From assembly GCA_030390025.1 (NCBI GenBank), contig CM059432.1, positions 13,702,001 through 13,764,000 of the forward strand: DNA of 62,000 nucleotides, in the 5' to 3' direction. Positions 41,749 through 53,939 of this stretch are shown one piece after another (position 1 is the stretch's first letter; every line of letters starts with the position of its first letter). The stretch comes from Squalus acanthias. Lineage: Eukaryota. A model generated the notes under the pieces. The model had not been told where the DNA came from. It worked only from the letters and a program-made list of their open reading frames with translations, and did not search any database. Made by a program: the position numbers and the translations under genes.

Positions 41749-43164
41749 CTAAAAAGAGATAAAATAAAGATATTAATAGCAGAATATCAACAAGTGACAG
41801 TCTTGTTCATCAAATGCTATGGAAATTTAAACTTTATGGGGATAGAAATAATATGAAGGATAAAAACTGCTCTCTCTGGGAACTACTCGTTCTGATTAAA
41901 ATCCTCAACTACTCCAAATTACTCTGCATTATAAGTGAACTAATGGCAAGTTCTCTAACCCAACTTAATCAACTTCTTTGAAAACCCCCTATAGGAGACA
42001 GTTGGTGTGTGGCGAAGGTAGGATTAAGGGACATATGTCTTTGCCTCTTTTGCATGAGGTGTTCACAAATTCTATTACTGGCCTCTGCATTGGGTAATCT
42101 TCTATTTTGCTGGCGTGCTTTTCACTATGCTGTCTGGTACATAGACCTTTTAATATGGTTTCCTTCCTGCTACTTTTAAGTCCAATTCTCCTAGGGATGG
42201 CTTTCCTATCTGGGAAAGGACATTTGAATGCCAGCATGTAGGTGTAGGACGTTCTTGATTAACAATGCCACGATTGGCTTGAAGGTTCTGCCAATGCATT
42301 ATATAAGGGGCCAGTATTGCTTCTTCCAGTTCCCTACTGTTGCACTGGTGGCCCAGTGATTGCCCACAAACAGGAATGCAAATTTCCTGCTTGGAGTCTG
42401 CATGGTCTAATCACAAAATGATACCTGTAATTACAGTCAAGTATATTAAATATGTGGACACCCAGATTGAGAGATCCACCCCCCCCCCACCCCCCATGAC
42501 TCCAATTGCTTGGATTCCTTTTTTAAGATCCTTCGGGAGAAAAAGGTTTTTGTTCTAGATTGGTGACTTCCTGTACTTATAACAACATCTCATGGATTTA
42601 CTAAGGACAAATAGAGAGATTCTTCCAGAATAATACATGGTACTTGATGAGGTTTACTTAATAAAATGTTTTAACAGCCTGACAGCATAGCAAGCGCCAC
42701 TGCTGCTGTGGTACTCAATTTTTGTCAAGAGGTATCATTGTAATTAATTTCCATGTTATATAAATGCAAGTTGTTGTTGAAATTCTTACTGTAGTACTCC
42801 GTTGGTAGAACTATATTGTTGGTAAGAGAGAGTAGGGGAGATAGAAAAAAAAGCATGAAAAAAAGCAAATAGGATTCTGTACACAGGGAATTCAATATAA
42901 AAACAAGCACATGGGGTTGAATTTGTACAACACATTTGTTAAGCCACAGTTGGGAGTATTTCTTGCAATTCTCAGCACTCGATTAAGGAAAAGACATCGG
43001 AGCTATGGAAAGTGTACAGCCAAGATTTACTAGAATATAAGGAATGAAAAGTTAGTTATAGAGAAAGGCGTGTGCCTTTCACAGGAAAGAGAAGATTCTT
43101 CTTTATTCTGGGACAGATTAATATTTTTACTTAACTCTGCAAATAATAGTCTTGCATCATCAAA

Positions 43165-43628
43165 AAGAAAAACTTGCATTTATATAGCGCCTTTCACGAC
43201 CTCAGGACGACCCAAAGCGCTTTACAGACAATGAAGTATTTTTGAAGTGTAGTCACTGTTGAAATGTAGGAAACGCAGCCGCCAATCTGCGCACAGCAAA
43301 CTCCCATAAACAGCAATGTGATAATAACCAGATAATCTGTTTTAGTGATGTTGATTGAGGAATAAATATTGGCCAGGACACTGGGGATAACTCCCCTGCT
43401 CTTCTTCAAAATAGTGCCATAGGATCTTTTATGGCCACCTGAGAGAGCAAACAGGGCCTCGGCTGATCACTTTATCCAAAAGATGGCACCTCTGACAGTG
43501 CAGCACTCACTCAATACTGCACTGGAGTGTCAGCCTAGATCTTTGTGCTCAAGGCTCTGGAGTGGAAATTGAACCCACAACCTTATGACTCAGAGGAGAG
43601 TCCTTCCCACTGAGCCACGGCTGACACT
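43165..43628 (-). mobile_element. Full-length tRNA-derived Deu-domain SINE (SacSINE1-like) with L2-type tail
   Basis: Minus strand: gtgtcagccgtggctcagtggg (A box), gggttcaatttcc (B box), central gcactattttgaagaagagcaggggagttatccccagtgtcctggccaatatttat, tail gtgaaaggcgctatataaatgcaagt shared with the L2 at 23300. Confidence 0.8.
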
Positions 43629-45077
43629 TCCCAAACAGCTGATGCCCCTTTCCCATGAAACAAACTACCTCACACCACCCTCCCCAGGTCTAACAGAGGT
43701 CTTCAAAATTATGATCGTATTTGAGAAAGTAAATAATGAAAAATGGTTTCCAATGGCTGGCAAATTGGTAAAGATGGGACATAAACTCAGGATTGTCACT
43801 CGTAAAATGAAGGATGAATTTAGGAGATTTTTTTTCCTCCCAGAGAGGATGATTAGAACATAGTGCTTTACAGAAGTGGCTACTGAGATAGAAACTAAAT
43901 CACTTAGGGAATTGGATAAGTATTTGAAAAGGAAAAATATAAAAAGGAAACAGGGAAAGGACAGAAAAATGGGATATCAAATCATATAACTAACACAGAA
44001 GGAGAACATTTAGCCCAATGCACCTGTATTGATGCATCTCTTCAGCTGGAACTATCCACACAAATCCCATTAGAGTAGTTGGCTCCAGTTGAAGAGCTAG
44101 CAAAAGGCATGTGCGCAATGTACTGATTACTCTTGTGTGTTGTAATTTCTATAAAGCTATGAAAACTGCATTCTCAAAAAAAATTTGGAGGGTGGGAACA
44201 GAAGCTCGTAATGCAATCACAAGAAAATTAGTACGTTCCTCGTGAGTAACTGAACTAGCGAGTTTAAAATGAGGATCAGCAAATATTAACACAAACACTG
44301 GCTCTTAACCAATAACCCACTAAAACTTTCAGCATTATGTGATCCATGGCACAACAGACATTTATGTTTCAGCCAGCTGATTCTTTTTGATCTCTGAAGG
44401 AAACAAGATGTGCATGATGGAAATGGCTGACTAACCCTACTAGAGGGTTTCCTTGTTGGCAGAATATTAAAAGAAATTTAACTTGAAAAAAGTGTATTGC
44501 AAACAAAAAGTACTCCCTCTAGACTTTCCTTTCCCTTTAATGTAATGGCACAATTGAGAACAAAAACAATTTTTATCCTATGGATTTTACCGTCTGATTT
44601 TTATATCAACTTTTTTTTAGTTGCAATTTTATTTGCAAGAGTTAAGTAAAAATATTAATCTGTCCCAGAATGAACAGAACACTGGGATGTTGAGTTGTAG
44701 TGTCAAGTTGCAGAAGGTGCAAACAGTAGTAACAGAAGGGAAAGGCAAGTCAGAAGCTATAATTGCTCCCTCAGAGCATGCCCACAATCAGCAACCTGAG
44801 CTTCATGGAGAAAGCTGAATGGAAAACCGCCACAAAAATAAACCACACAAACATACTCCATTCAAAGAGCATTAAGTATATACACTAGTTTTGCAACAAG
44901 GGGCAACTTGAAAACAGACTCTTTTTCCAAACTGAGACACTTTTATACATGAAACTTGTGCAGGTCTCGAGACAAATACAATTGTGTAGTTAGGACAATG
45001 GGCACACGGGATTTCTTTTTAAAGCATAAAAATTAAAACGTTTCAGTGCAAAAAAACAAGCAAAAAATACAAACAAA

Positions 45078-45330
45078 AGCACAGCAAGGTCCCACAAACA
45101 GTAATGAGATAAATGACCTGTTAATCTATTTTGGTGGCCTTGGTTGAGGAATAAATGTTGGCCAAGACACCCCTGTGAACTCCCCTGCTCTTCTTTGAAT
45201 AGTTCCATGCAATCTTTCACAAAAACCTAGACAGGGCCTCAGTTTAACATCTCATCCGAAAGACGACACCTTTGATAATGTAGCACCGTTTCAGTACTGC
45301 ACTAAAGTTTCACACTAGATTATATGCACT
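45078..45330 (-). mobile_element. Partial Deu-type SINE
   Basis: Matches 43290-43540. Confidence 0.75.
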
Positions 45331-46251
45331 TCTAAAATATTGCACAGTTAGTCTGTCCCATGGGAAAGGAAAGTCAATGTGCTAATTCAACAACAACTTG
45401 CATTTGTATAGCATCTTTAACGTAGCAAAAATGCAAGTTCTTTCTTTCTAAAACACCCCAAGTTGCTTCACAGGAGCGTAATCAGACAAAAATATTCATG
45501 TGGGTCCATAATTCTGCCACTGTGACAAGGGAGCTGGCTCATGGCTGTGGGCCAGCTCTCTCCCGCAATCCAAACTAAACAAACACCAATGCAGCTACTC
45601 TTGGCCAATAAACCATATATCTTAATATAGAATGCATCAAACATTAGAAATTTAACATTACTCCTTTACCATGGGAATCTACTTCAAGAAAATTTATTAC
45701 ACTGCACTGGGTTTAAAAAAATACAAATTATAAATTTTGGAGTGTTAAAATTGTGCTTTTCCAATTAGAATTATTTTAGTTGCAAAATTTTAGTATTTTG
45801 TAACTCATAATTTGCACTAAAATTAAAAAAAATTATGCAGAAACAGCTTTGTACTGTTGCGATGAATGGTTAAAATTTAAATTGGAACCAGTAATTCTTT
45901 CAGAAGCTGACCGCCTCCTGTGCACTTCCAGCAATTTCTGTTTCTATTGCACAATAGACTGGCTAAGGAGACTCGACCATTGTTCAAATGTTCAGCAGCT
46001 TAACTCAGGATTACAATGACTTCTGTTACTTTGCCAGGAGGAAGTACGGGCTGTAGAAGAAAATAAGGAAGCCGGGTAACAACAAAGCCAGGTGTGGCTG
46101 GGACCAGGGCAGCATCACCAATTTGGTTTCCAAACTTGTGTGTCGAACCTCCTGCAAATATGTACACACATTCTCAGGTACCCCATGTCCTCACTTCTGA
46201 AAGACAGCATCAGCTACCAAAAAGAAAACAGTATAGAAAGTAAGAAAAAAC

Positions 46252-46442
46252 GGCAACTGCTGGAAATCTGAAACAACACAAAATGCTGGAAATATGTAGC
46301 AGGCCCTTCAACATCTGTAAAGACAAAAGATCAGGTTAACACTCCTTACAAGGAATCTACACTCGAAATGTTAACCCTGTCTTTTTTGGTTACACAAACT
46401 GATGAACATACTATGTACTTCCAGCATTTTCTTATTTTATTA
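46252..46442. mobile_element. Decayed palindromic Penelope-derived terminal repeat
   Basis: aaaatgctggaa ... ggttaac ... gaaatgttaacc ... ttccagcatttt; head-to-head copies of the 444-992 terminal motif. Confidence 0.55.
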
Positions 46443-46974
46443 CGTTTATAGCAGGAGTGCATTCCATGGAGACAGCAGGCCACATAAATGTTGAAATCAA
46501 TGTTCCCATTAATTTACATTATTCTCATGCTGTGGATACACATGGATCCAGATGTTCCAATTAAGGATTTATCCACCAATTAAGTAACTGCACTAAGAAA
46601 ATCCTTATCCAAACTTCAAAGCCTAGATAATTTAGACAAGACAAACTAGTGAGCTGTAACAAAGCGCAAATGGAACTAAATTGCTGGCAAGTTTGTAGGC
46701 AAGCCGATTATAGTTTGGACACCCTGATATAAAGCAACAAAAACGGTGCTAGTAAGTTAGCAAATAAATAGAGAACTCTTAACATCCTAAAAATAACAGA
46801 CGGAAAGAAATCTCAAGATTTTTGGAACCGGTTTGAAAACCTATGCACTGATAGAGGAATGTACAGAACATCATGACACTGAAATATAAGCAGCCACCTT
46901 TAAATCTGTTCTGTCGCTTTCCACTTCCTCCACTATCTCCAAGCATCTTTAGTTAAAAGTGGCAAGAGGACAAT

Positions 46975-47310
46975 TCTACTCCGCATCTTGCCAAGGACCC
47001 GCACCATCACAGACGATAGTGTCCAGCCAATTTGGTTTACGCCACGTGACATTAAAAGGCAGCTGATTGCACTGGACAACAAAGGCTATGGGCCCTAATA
47101 ACATCTCAGCTGTAGTGTTGAAGACTTGTGCACCAGAACGAGCTGGCTGCATAGCCAAGCTATTCCAGTGCCGTTATGCCACTAACATCTACTAGACAAT
47201 GTGGAAATTGCCCAGGTACATCTTATCCACCAAAATCAGAACAAATCTAACCTGGCCATTTATCATTCTATCAACCTCCTCCCAATCATCAGCGAACTGT
47301 TTGAAGTAAT
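46975..47310 (+). mobile_element. Fragment of a second CR1/L2-group LINE family
   Basis: KAMGP.NI.AVVLKTCAPE...WK.AQV..IH..QNKSN.A.Y.SI.LL (pre-RT region). Confidence 0.7.
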
Positions 47311-47767
47311 CAATAGTTTATTTTTAATTTATTAATTCAAGGGATGTGGGCATCGCCGACAGCACCAGCATTTATTGCCCATCCCCAATTGCCCTCAAGA
47401 AGGCGGTAGCGAGCTGCCTTCTTGAACCGCTGCAGTCCCTGTGGTGAATGTACTCCCTCAGTGCTGTTAGTTAGGGAGTTCCAGGATTTTGACCCAGTGA
47501 CAATGAAGGGACAGCGATATATTTCCAAGTCAGGATAGTGTGTGACTCAGAGGGGAACTTGAAGATGGTGGTGTTCCCATGCGCCTGCTGCCTTGTCCTT
47601 CTAGGGTGGTAAAGGTCACGGGTTTGGGAGGCACTACTGAAGAAGCTTGGTGAGTTGCTGCAGTGTGTACCATCTACAAGATGCATTGCAACCACGTTGC
47701 ACTGGTGGTGGAGGGAGTGAATGTTTAAAGGTGACAGATGAGGTGCCGATCAAGTGGGCTGTTCCGT

Positions 47768-48445
47768 CATAGAATTATAGAATGGTTACAGCACAGGAGG
47801 CCGCCATTCGGCCAGTCGAGCCCGTGCCGGCTCTCTGCAAGAGCATTTCAGCTAGTCCCACTCCCCTGCCCTTTCCCCGTAGCCCTGCAAATTGTTTTCC
47901 TTCAGGTACTTATCCAATTCCATTTTGAAAGCCACGACTGAATCTGCCTCCACCACCCTTTCAAGCAGTGCATTCCAGATCCTAACCACTCGCTGCGTAA
48001 AAAAGTTTTTCCTCATGTCGCCTTTGGTCCTTCTGCCAATCACCTTAAATCTGTGTCCTCTGGTTCTTCACCCTTCCGCCAATGGGAACAGTTTCTCTCT
48101 ATCTACTCTGTCTAGATCCCTCATGATTTTGAACACCTCTATCAAATCTCCTCTCAACCTTCTCTGCTCTAAGGGGAACAATCCCAGCTTCTCCAGTCTA
48201 TCCACGTAACTGAAGTCCCTCATCCCTGGAACCATTCTTGTAAATCTTTTTGGCACCCTCTCCAAGGCCTTCACATCCTTCCTAAAGTGCCATGCCCAGA
48301 ATTGGACAATACTCCAGTTGAAGTCGAACCAGTGTTTTATAAAGGTTCATCATAACTTCCGTGCTTTTGTACTGTATGCCTCTATTTATGAAGTCCAGGA
48401 ACCAGTATGCTTTTTTTAACCACTTTCTCAACCTGCCCTGCCCAC
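47768..48445 (-). mobile_element. CR1 3' fragment nested in the second-family LINE
   Basis: ORFs 48274-48068 and 48043-47852; catagaattatagaa tail. Confidence 0.9.
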
Positions 48446-49264
48446 CTTGTCCTGGAGTGTTGTTGGAGCCCAAATCTGCTATATACACTGTGATTATAAA
48501 ACCAGCTACAGTATGGTCACAAAATGTACAGGCCCCAGCACAATTTGGTATTTCATAGTAAGCCATTTAGTTGGACATGTTGAGCATCAAATCCACTAAG
48601 ATTCCAAGGTCTTTTGCAACTTCATCTTTAGCTGGGAGTCTGCGCTTCACCCATTTTCCACGTGCAGTACTTTATACTTGTCCACGTTAAATTTCATCAG
48701 CCATTGTTCTTCCTCACTTATTTATTTTGTCCAACCCGTTCTGTAATCTGAGCTACCTCCTCGAATTGGGCAGGTCTAGTAGCAGGTCTTCCCGTGGGGT
48801 ACTCCGACTTCTGCCATTCATTTCATTTTGGCTCTTCGAGTTGGCAGATCCCGATTTTGAAAATGTACATATTCTGCCTTAGGTGTAGGATTTTGTTCCA
48901 AACCCCACCCAGCTAGACTTTAGTATGATTCATAATCCAGCATATTAACAGAAAAAACCAACACAGATGAGATGTAACCAACTGTCACTTTGCTGCCCGC
49001 AATGGCTTAGTATCTTCAGCAACCACTAAACCTGTTTCATAAGGCAACGTTTTACAAAATCAACAGAAATTTTCTCTTTCTAAATGGGAGGGGAAAGGAA
49101 TTCTGTATCTTGCATCAAACTTGCAAGCTGTCACTGAAGATGTAACAGTCAAACCTATAAAGATAAATCTAAGAATACAAGACTGTAAAATGTATATTTT
49201 TTTTCCTTGCTTGACTTCGATGAGAAGATAATTTTCTTCTCACCTCTGTGTCGATGGGTCACTT

Positions 49265-49665
49265 GCTCAGATTTGACGTGCCAATAGAAATAGAGGTCTT
49301 CAAAATTATGAAAAATGTTGATAGAGTGGATACAGAGAGAATGTTTCCACTTGTGGGGAAGAGCATAACTAGAGGCCATCAATATAAGATAGTCACCAAG
49401 AAATCCAATAGGGAATTCAGAAGAAACTTCTTTATCCAAAGAGTGGTGAGAATGTGGAACTTGCTACCACAGGGAGTGGTTGAAGTGAATAGTATAGATG
49501 CCTTTAAGGGGAGGCTAGACAAGCATATGAGGGAAAAGGGAATAGAGGGTAATGCTGGTAGATTTAGATGAGGAAAGACGGGAGGAGGCTCGAGTGGAGC
49601 ATAAACGCCTGCATGGACTGGTTGGGCCGAATGGCCTGTTTCTGTGCCGTATATCCTATGTAATC
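49265..49665 (+). mobile_element. CR1 3' fragment
   Basis: ORF 49248-49571 IEVFKIM...FF.QRVVRMWN.LP; 3' UTR gggccgaatggcctgtttctgtg. Confidence 0.85.
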
Positions 49666-51096
49666 CTAGCAAGTGGAGAGTATTCCTTCATACTCCTGAC
49701 CTGTGCCTTGTAGGTGGTGGAAAGTCTTTAGGGAGTCAGGAAGTGAGCCACACACCACAGGATACCCAGCCTCTTGAAGTCACAGTATTTACGTGGCTGG
49801 TCAATGGTGACCCCCCAGGATGTTGATGGTGGGGGGATTCAACAATGGTAATGCCACTGAATGTCAAGTAGAGGTGGTTAAACTCTCTCTTGTTTGAGAT
49901 GGTCATTGCCTTGCACTTGTGTGGCACAAATGTTACTTACCACTTATCAGCCCAAGCCTGGATGTTGTCCAGCTCTTTCTGTATGCGGGCACGGACTGCT
50001 TCAGTATCTGAGGAATTGCAAATGGAACTGAACACTGCAATCATCAGCGAATATCCCCACTTCTGACCTTATGATGAAGTAGCTGAAGATGGTTGGGCCT
50101 AGGACACTATCCTGAGAACGTCCCGCAGCGAAGTCGTGGGGCTGAGACAATTGGCCTCCAACAACCACAATCATCTTCCTTTGTGCTAGGTATGACTCCA
50201 GCCAGTGACGAGGTTTCCCCGATATTCATTGACTTCAATTTTACTAGGGCTCCTTGGTGCCACAATCGGTCAAATGCTGCCTTGATGTCAAGACCAGTCA
50301 CACTCTCATCACCTCTGGATTTCAGCTCTTTTGTCCATATTTGGACCAAGGCTGTAATGAGGTCTGGCGCAGGGTGCAACCCAAACTGAGCATCAGTGAG
50401 CAGGTTATTGGTGAGTAAGTGCCACTTGATAGCACGGTTGACAACACCTTCCATCACTTTGCGGATGTGGTGGTAATTGGCCGGACTCCCTTCTTACATT
50501 GTCGTTCCAAATGAGGTTTGGATTTTTTTCCAAGTGGATTCTTTCTAATGCACAATTGTGCTGCCACCTCGGGTGATGTTTTGGATGTTGCCAGATAGGT
50601 ATGATTCTGTGAGTATGACTGTTGCTTGACTAATCCGTGTGACAGCTTTCCCACCTCTGTGGCACAAGCCCCCAGATGTTAGTGAGAGGACTGTGCCTTT
50701 GTCGTGTCCGAAGCCGATACCTAGGTCATGCCGGGTGGTCTGCCCAGTTTTTTTCTTTTTATACTTTGTAGTAGTGTTTTGATATAGTGGCTTGCTAGAC
50801 CATTTCAGAGGGCAGTTAAGAGTCAACCACATTGCTATGGGACTAGAGTCACATATAGGGCAGACCAGGCAAGGATGGCAGGTTTCCTTCCCTAAAGGAC
50901 ATTAGTGAACCAGTTGGGTTTTTACATGATCACCAGGGCCACCATTACTGATACTAGCTTTTTATTCCAGATTTATTTAATTAACACAAATTGCCATGGT
51001 GGGATTTGAACTCCTGTCTCCGGATTATTAGTCCAGGCCTTTGGTTTACTAGTCCAGTAACATAACCACTATGCTACCATACCCTCAAGCAACATG

Positions 51097-51978
51097 TACT
51101 CACCAATAACCTGGTCTCTTATGCTCAGTTTGGGTTCTGCAAGAAGCAGTTATCACAACCTTAATCCAGACATGGACGCAAGAGCTGAATGCCATTAGAG
51201 AGGCAAAAGTAGCTGCCCTCAGTATCAAGGCATCATTTGACCAAATATGGCATCCAAGAGCCCTAGCAAAATGGAGGTCAATGGGAAAACAGTCCAGTAG
51301 CTGGAGGCATAGCTGACAAACTGGAGTTCAATCACTGAAGCCCCAAGACATCACTGCCAGAGTTGCACAGGGTAGTGGCATCAGCCCAACCATCTTCAGC
51401 TGCTTCAATAACCTTCCCTCCATCATGTCAGAAGTGGGACGGTTTGCTGTCTATCTGCAGTGTTCAGCTCTATTCATAACTCTGATAATGGAGCACCCAA
51501 TGCAAGTCTCCAGCAGGATCTGGACAACAGGCTTGGGCTAATAAGTGGCAGGTAAAATTCGTCAGCAATGATCATCTCGAATAAAAAGTTCCAACCATTC
51601 CCTGGCCTTCATCAGCACCTCCATCACCTACTCCCTGACTATCAATATCTTGGGGTCAGCAATAACCAGAAGCTTAACTGGACCAACTATATTAACACTG
51701 TGGCTACAAGAGTAGAGCCTGGGTATCCTGCAACAAGTGACTCACCTCCTTACCCCTTAATACATACCACCATCTACAAGGATCAAGTCAGGAGTGTGAT
51801 CAGGTACTCATCACCTGATTGAATGGGTACAGCAACAACAACAACAACAACAACACTCAAGAAGCTGGACACCATCCAGGACAAAGCAGTCTGCTCAAGT
51901 GGCTCTCTGCCACTGAAATCTATTAACCACCTCCTCCACCACTGCCGTACTACGGTTGCAGTATATTCCATCTACAGC
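51097..51978 (+). mobile_element. Decayed plus-strand copy of the second LINE family
   Basis: LTNNL...AQFGF, AFDQ.WH, QGS...PTIFSCF, KLNWT.YIN, TIYK.QVRS, TLKKLDTIQDKA. Confidence 0.75.
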
Positions 51979-53795
51979 AAGGGTGTCAAACATGCCGAAT
52001 CCGGCCCTTGGTATGTTGCGCTTAGGAATGGGACATGGATCTCCCGGGCGCTGCTTCTAAGCTCCATGTAAACTACGTGCTGCAGCAGCCGCCTGCCATC
52101 CTGCTCAGTTATGTCAGCCCCCATCTCAGGGTTGACTAGAAACGGGACCAGCTGACTGAGGAGTGAGAGAGAGAGAGACGGAGCAGAGAGAAGTGTGGGG
52201 TTGGGTTGGGCTGGGCTGGAAGAGGGTGAAAGGATTAGGGTGAGGAGATTAAGACTGGGGGTGGGGTGGGGGAGAGAGGGAGAGGTTGACAGGAGTCTGG
52301 GGTGTTGGGGGAGATTAGGGCTTGGTTGTGGAGGGTTGGGGGGGGGCGAGACAAAGAGGACTGAGAATGGAGTGGGGTAGGCGTGGGGCCCACCATTTCC
52401 TGCAGAGCCAGGAGCAGCAGCAGCAACCTAGTAACTGGGAACGACGTGAGTGAAACCCGGGGACTTTACTGTGGGTAAACAGTGAAAGATTGTTTCCACT
52501 GGTTGGCCAATAGGGAACAAGGGTATAGAGATTGTGGATTCTCATGCCCTGATTTTACATTGTAAGCTCTAACTGCCACAGTTCATGTCAGGCTAGGAGA
52601 GGAGGGGAGAAGCACACGAAACAGCTGCAATCTGCAGCCCCACTCCCTCGGCTCCTCCAAATCCCCAAAACATCCCCGGGCTTGACACTCCTCGCTTGGA
52701 ATTTCGAAGTTTGTAGCAAGGCCTGAAGCTCATCTTAAATCGGGTCTCAGGCCTCATTTTAATATTAGAGGTGAGCTGTTAGCTTCTGCCATGCCCCAGC
52801 TCTCCAACATTGGGGGGGGGGGGGGATCAGATTTGGGCCTACCTGCATACTTCAGCGATAGCAACGACAGCCCCGGGAATGGCACTATAACTCCACCACA
52901 CCAGCACGAGGAATAAAAGTGCTGCTACTTGGGGATCTCGGAACAGAGTTTGACTTCTAATTTGGCAGCATTATTTCCAGAACATGCGTGTATGGCAGCA
53001 CATATTAAATGTGCAGTTTTCCCATGCCATTTGCTCTGAAATGCACTTAGCAGGAGTGTGTTGTCATGCTGACATTAGAATTTTGCACACATGCAGTGAC
53101 TCAGAATTGGCTTCGGAATTGCAGAGAAAAATCAAATCGGTGTGAAAATTGAGTCTACATGACTGGTGTGAAACCGATGATGAACTGGTCTCACATTGTA
53201 ATGTACTTCAATACACAATATCTTGGCCTCCCTGGAAAGATTCAAGACAAACCATATCTGGTCCTAAAACTACAATATCTGTTTAGTTCCAAAATGTAGA
53301 ATGCAGTAAATTTAGCATTTTGAATATTTTGTCCTTCGTGCCAAAAACATCAGTGGAAACTAGCATGGAGGAAATAGAATACTGTGTCTAACTATGTGAT
53401 GGACATGAATTCAACTCCCTTACACAGTCAAAACTCTTAATTCCTGCCAGATGACTGTTCTTCTCAGCCCGATAAGGCAATCAACACTCAACTGAAATTC
53501 AAATATTCCAAGCACACAGAATCAGACAAAAAGGATACTGTGTTAATTCTAATAACTCTTTCTTTTAAAAATGGCTATTGAGAATGAGACTTCATGTGCA
53601 AAGTTCTTTCCTGAGATAGGAAATTCAAATTAATATATTCAAATGGTAATCCAGGTCTGCAAATCTAAAAAGCAAATTTTAATTATTAATAAAATCCTAA
53701 AATATTCCTAGTTTTAGTAGGAAATTGTACATATGCAAAGGCAGTTGTGCAAACCTATTATTTACAATAAGATACCACTTTAAAGCACGTCTTAC

Positions 53796-53882
53796 CTTTC
53801 TTCCAGTCTGTTTTTCAACCATGTTGCTGTTGCAATCAGAACTTTCAGTCTGTGCTGTTCTGGAAGACCCAGATTTGGGCAT
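53796..53882 (-). CDS. ANKRD12: ANKRD12 first coding exon (exon 2; whole exon 53796-53946 including 64 nt of 5'UTR)
   Basis: Translates MPKSGSSRTAQTESSDCNSNMVEKQTGRK, matching the ANKRD12 N-terminus (MPKSG...SD.DSNMVEK..GRK). 87 coding nt; donor AAG|GTAAGA at 53795; acceptor ttctgttttttcag| at 53947. Confidence 0.95.
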
Positions 53883-53906
53883 TTTACAGCTTTTGTTCCT
53901 TTCTCC

Positions 53907-53939
53907 TCAGCTGCCTGTTTCAGGCAACAATATGGTCAT
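53907..53939 (-). promoter_or_regulatory. Upstream ORF (MTILLPETGS*) in the ANKRD12 5'UTR part of exon 2
   Basis: ATG ACC ATA TTG TTG CCT GAA ACA GGC AGC TGA; A at -3; ends 24 nt before the main ATG and is in the same frame. Confidence 0.65.

Larger units (their letters stand above)
47325..51086 (-). mobile_element. Internally deleted LINE of the second family with a tRNA-derived 5' head; split by later insertions
   Basis: Head at 51086-50780 (A box TAGCATAGTGG, B box GTTCAAATCC); APE start TNIWGLVP...VILTESYL at about 50690-50590; RT QFG...LDIKAAFDRLWHQGAL at 50457-50107; further RT to 49667; remnant at 48447-48470; 3' end 47765-47325 (gggcaataaatgctgg...gcccacatccc). Confidence 0.75.

Noticed and set aside
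43560..43628. tRNA gene
   Set aside because: The A/B boxes belong to a SINE head; there is no complete cloverleaf. The same applies to 51000-51086 and 8625-8700.
51980..52695. hAT-like TIR caagggtgtcaaac with possible partner gcttgacactcct
   Set aside because: The partner is too degenerate and there is no 8-bp TSD.
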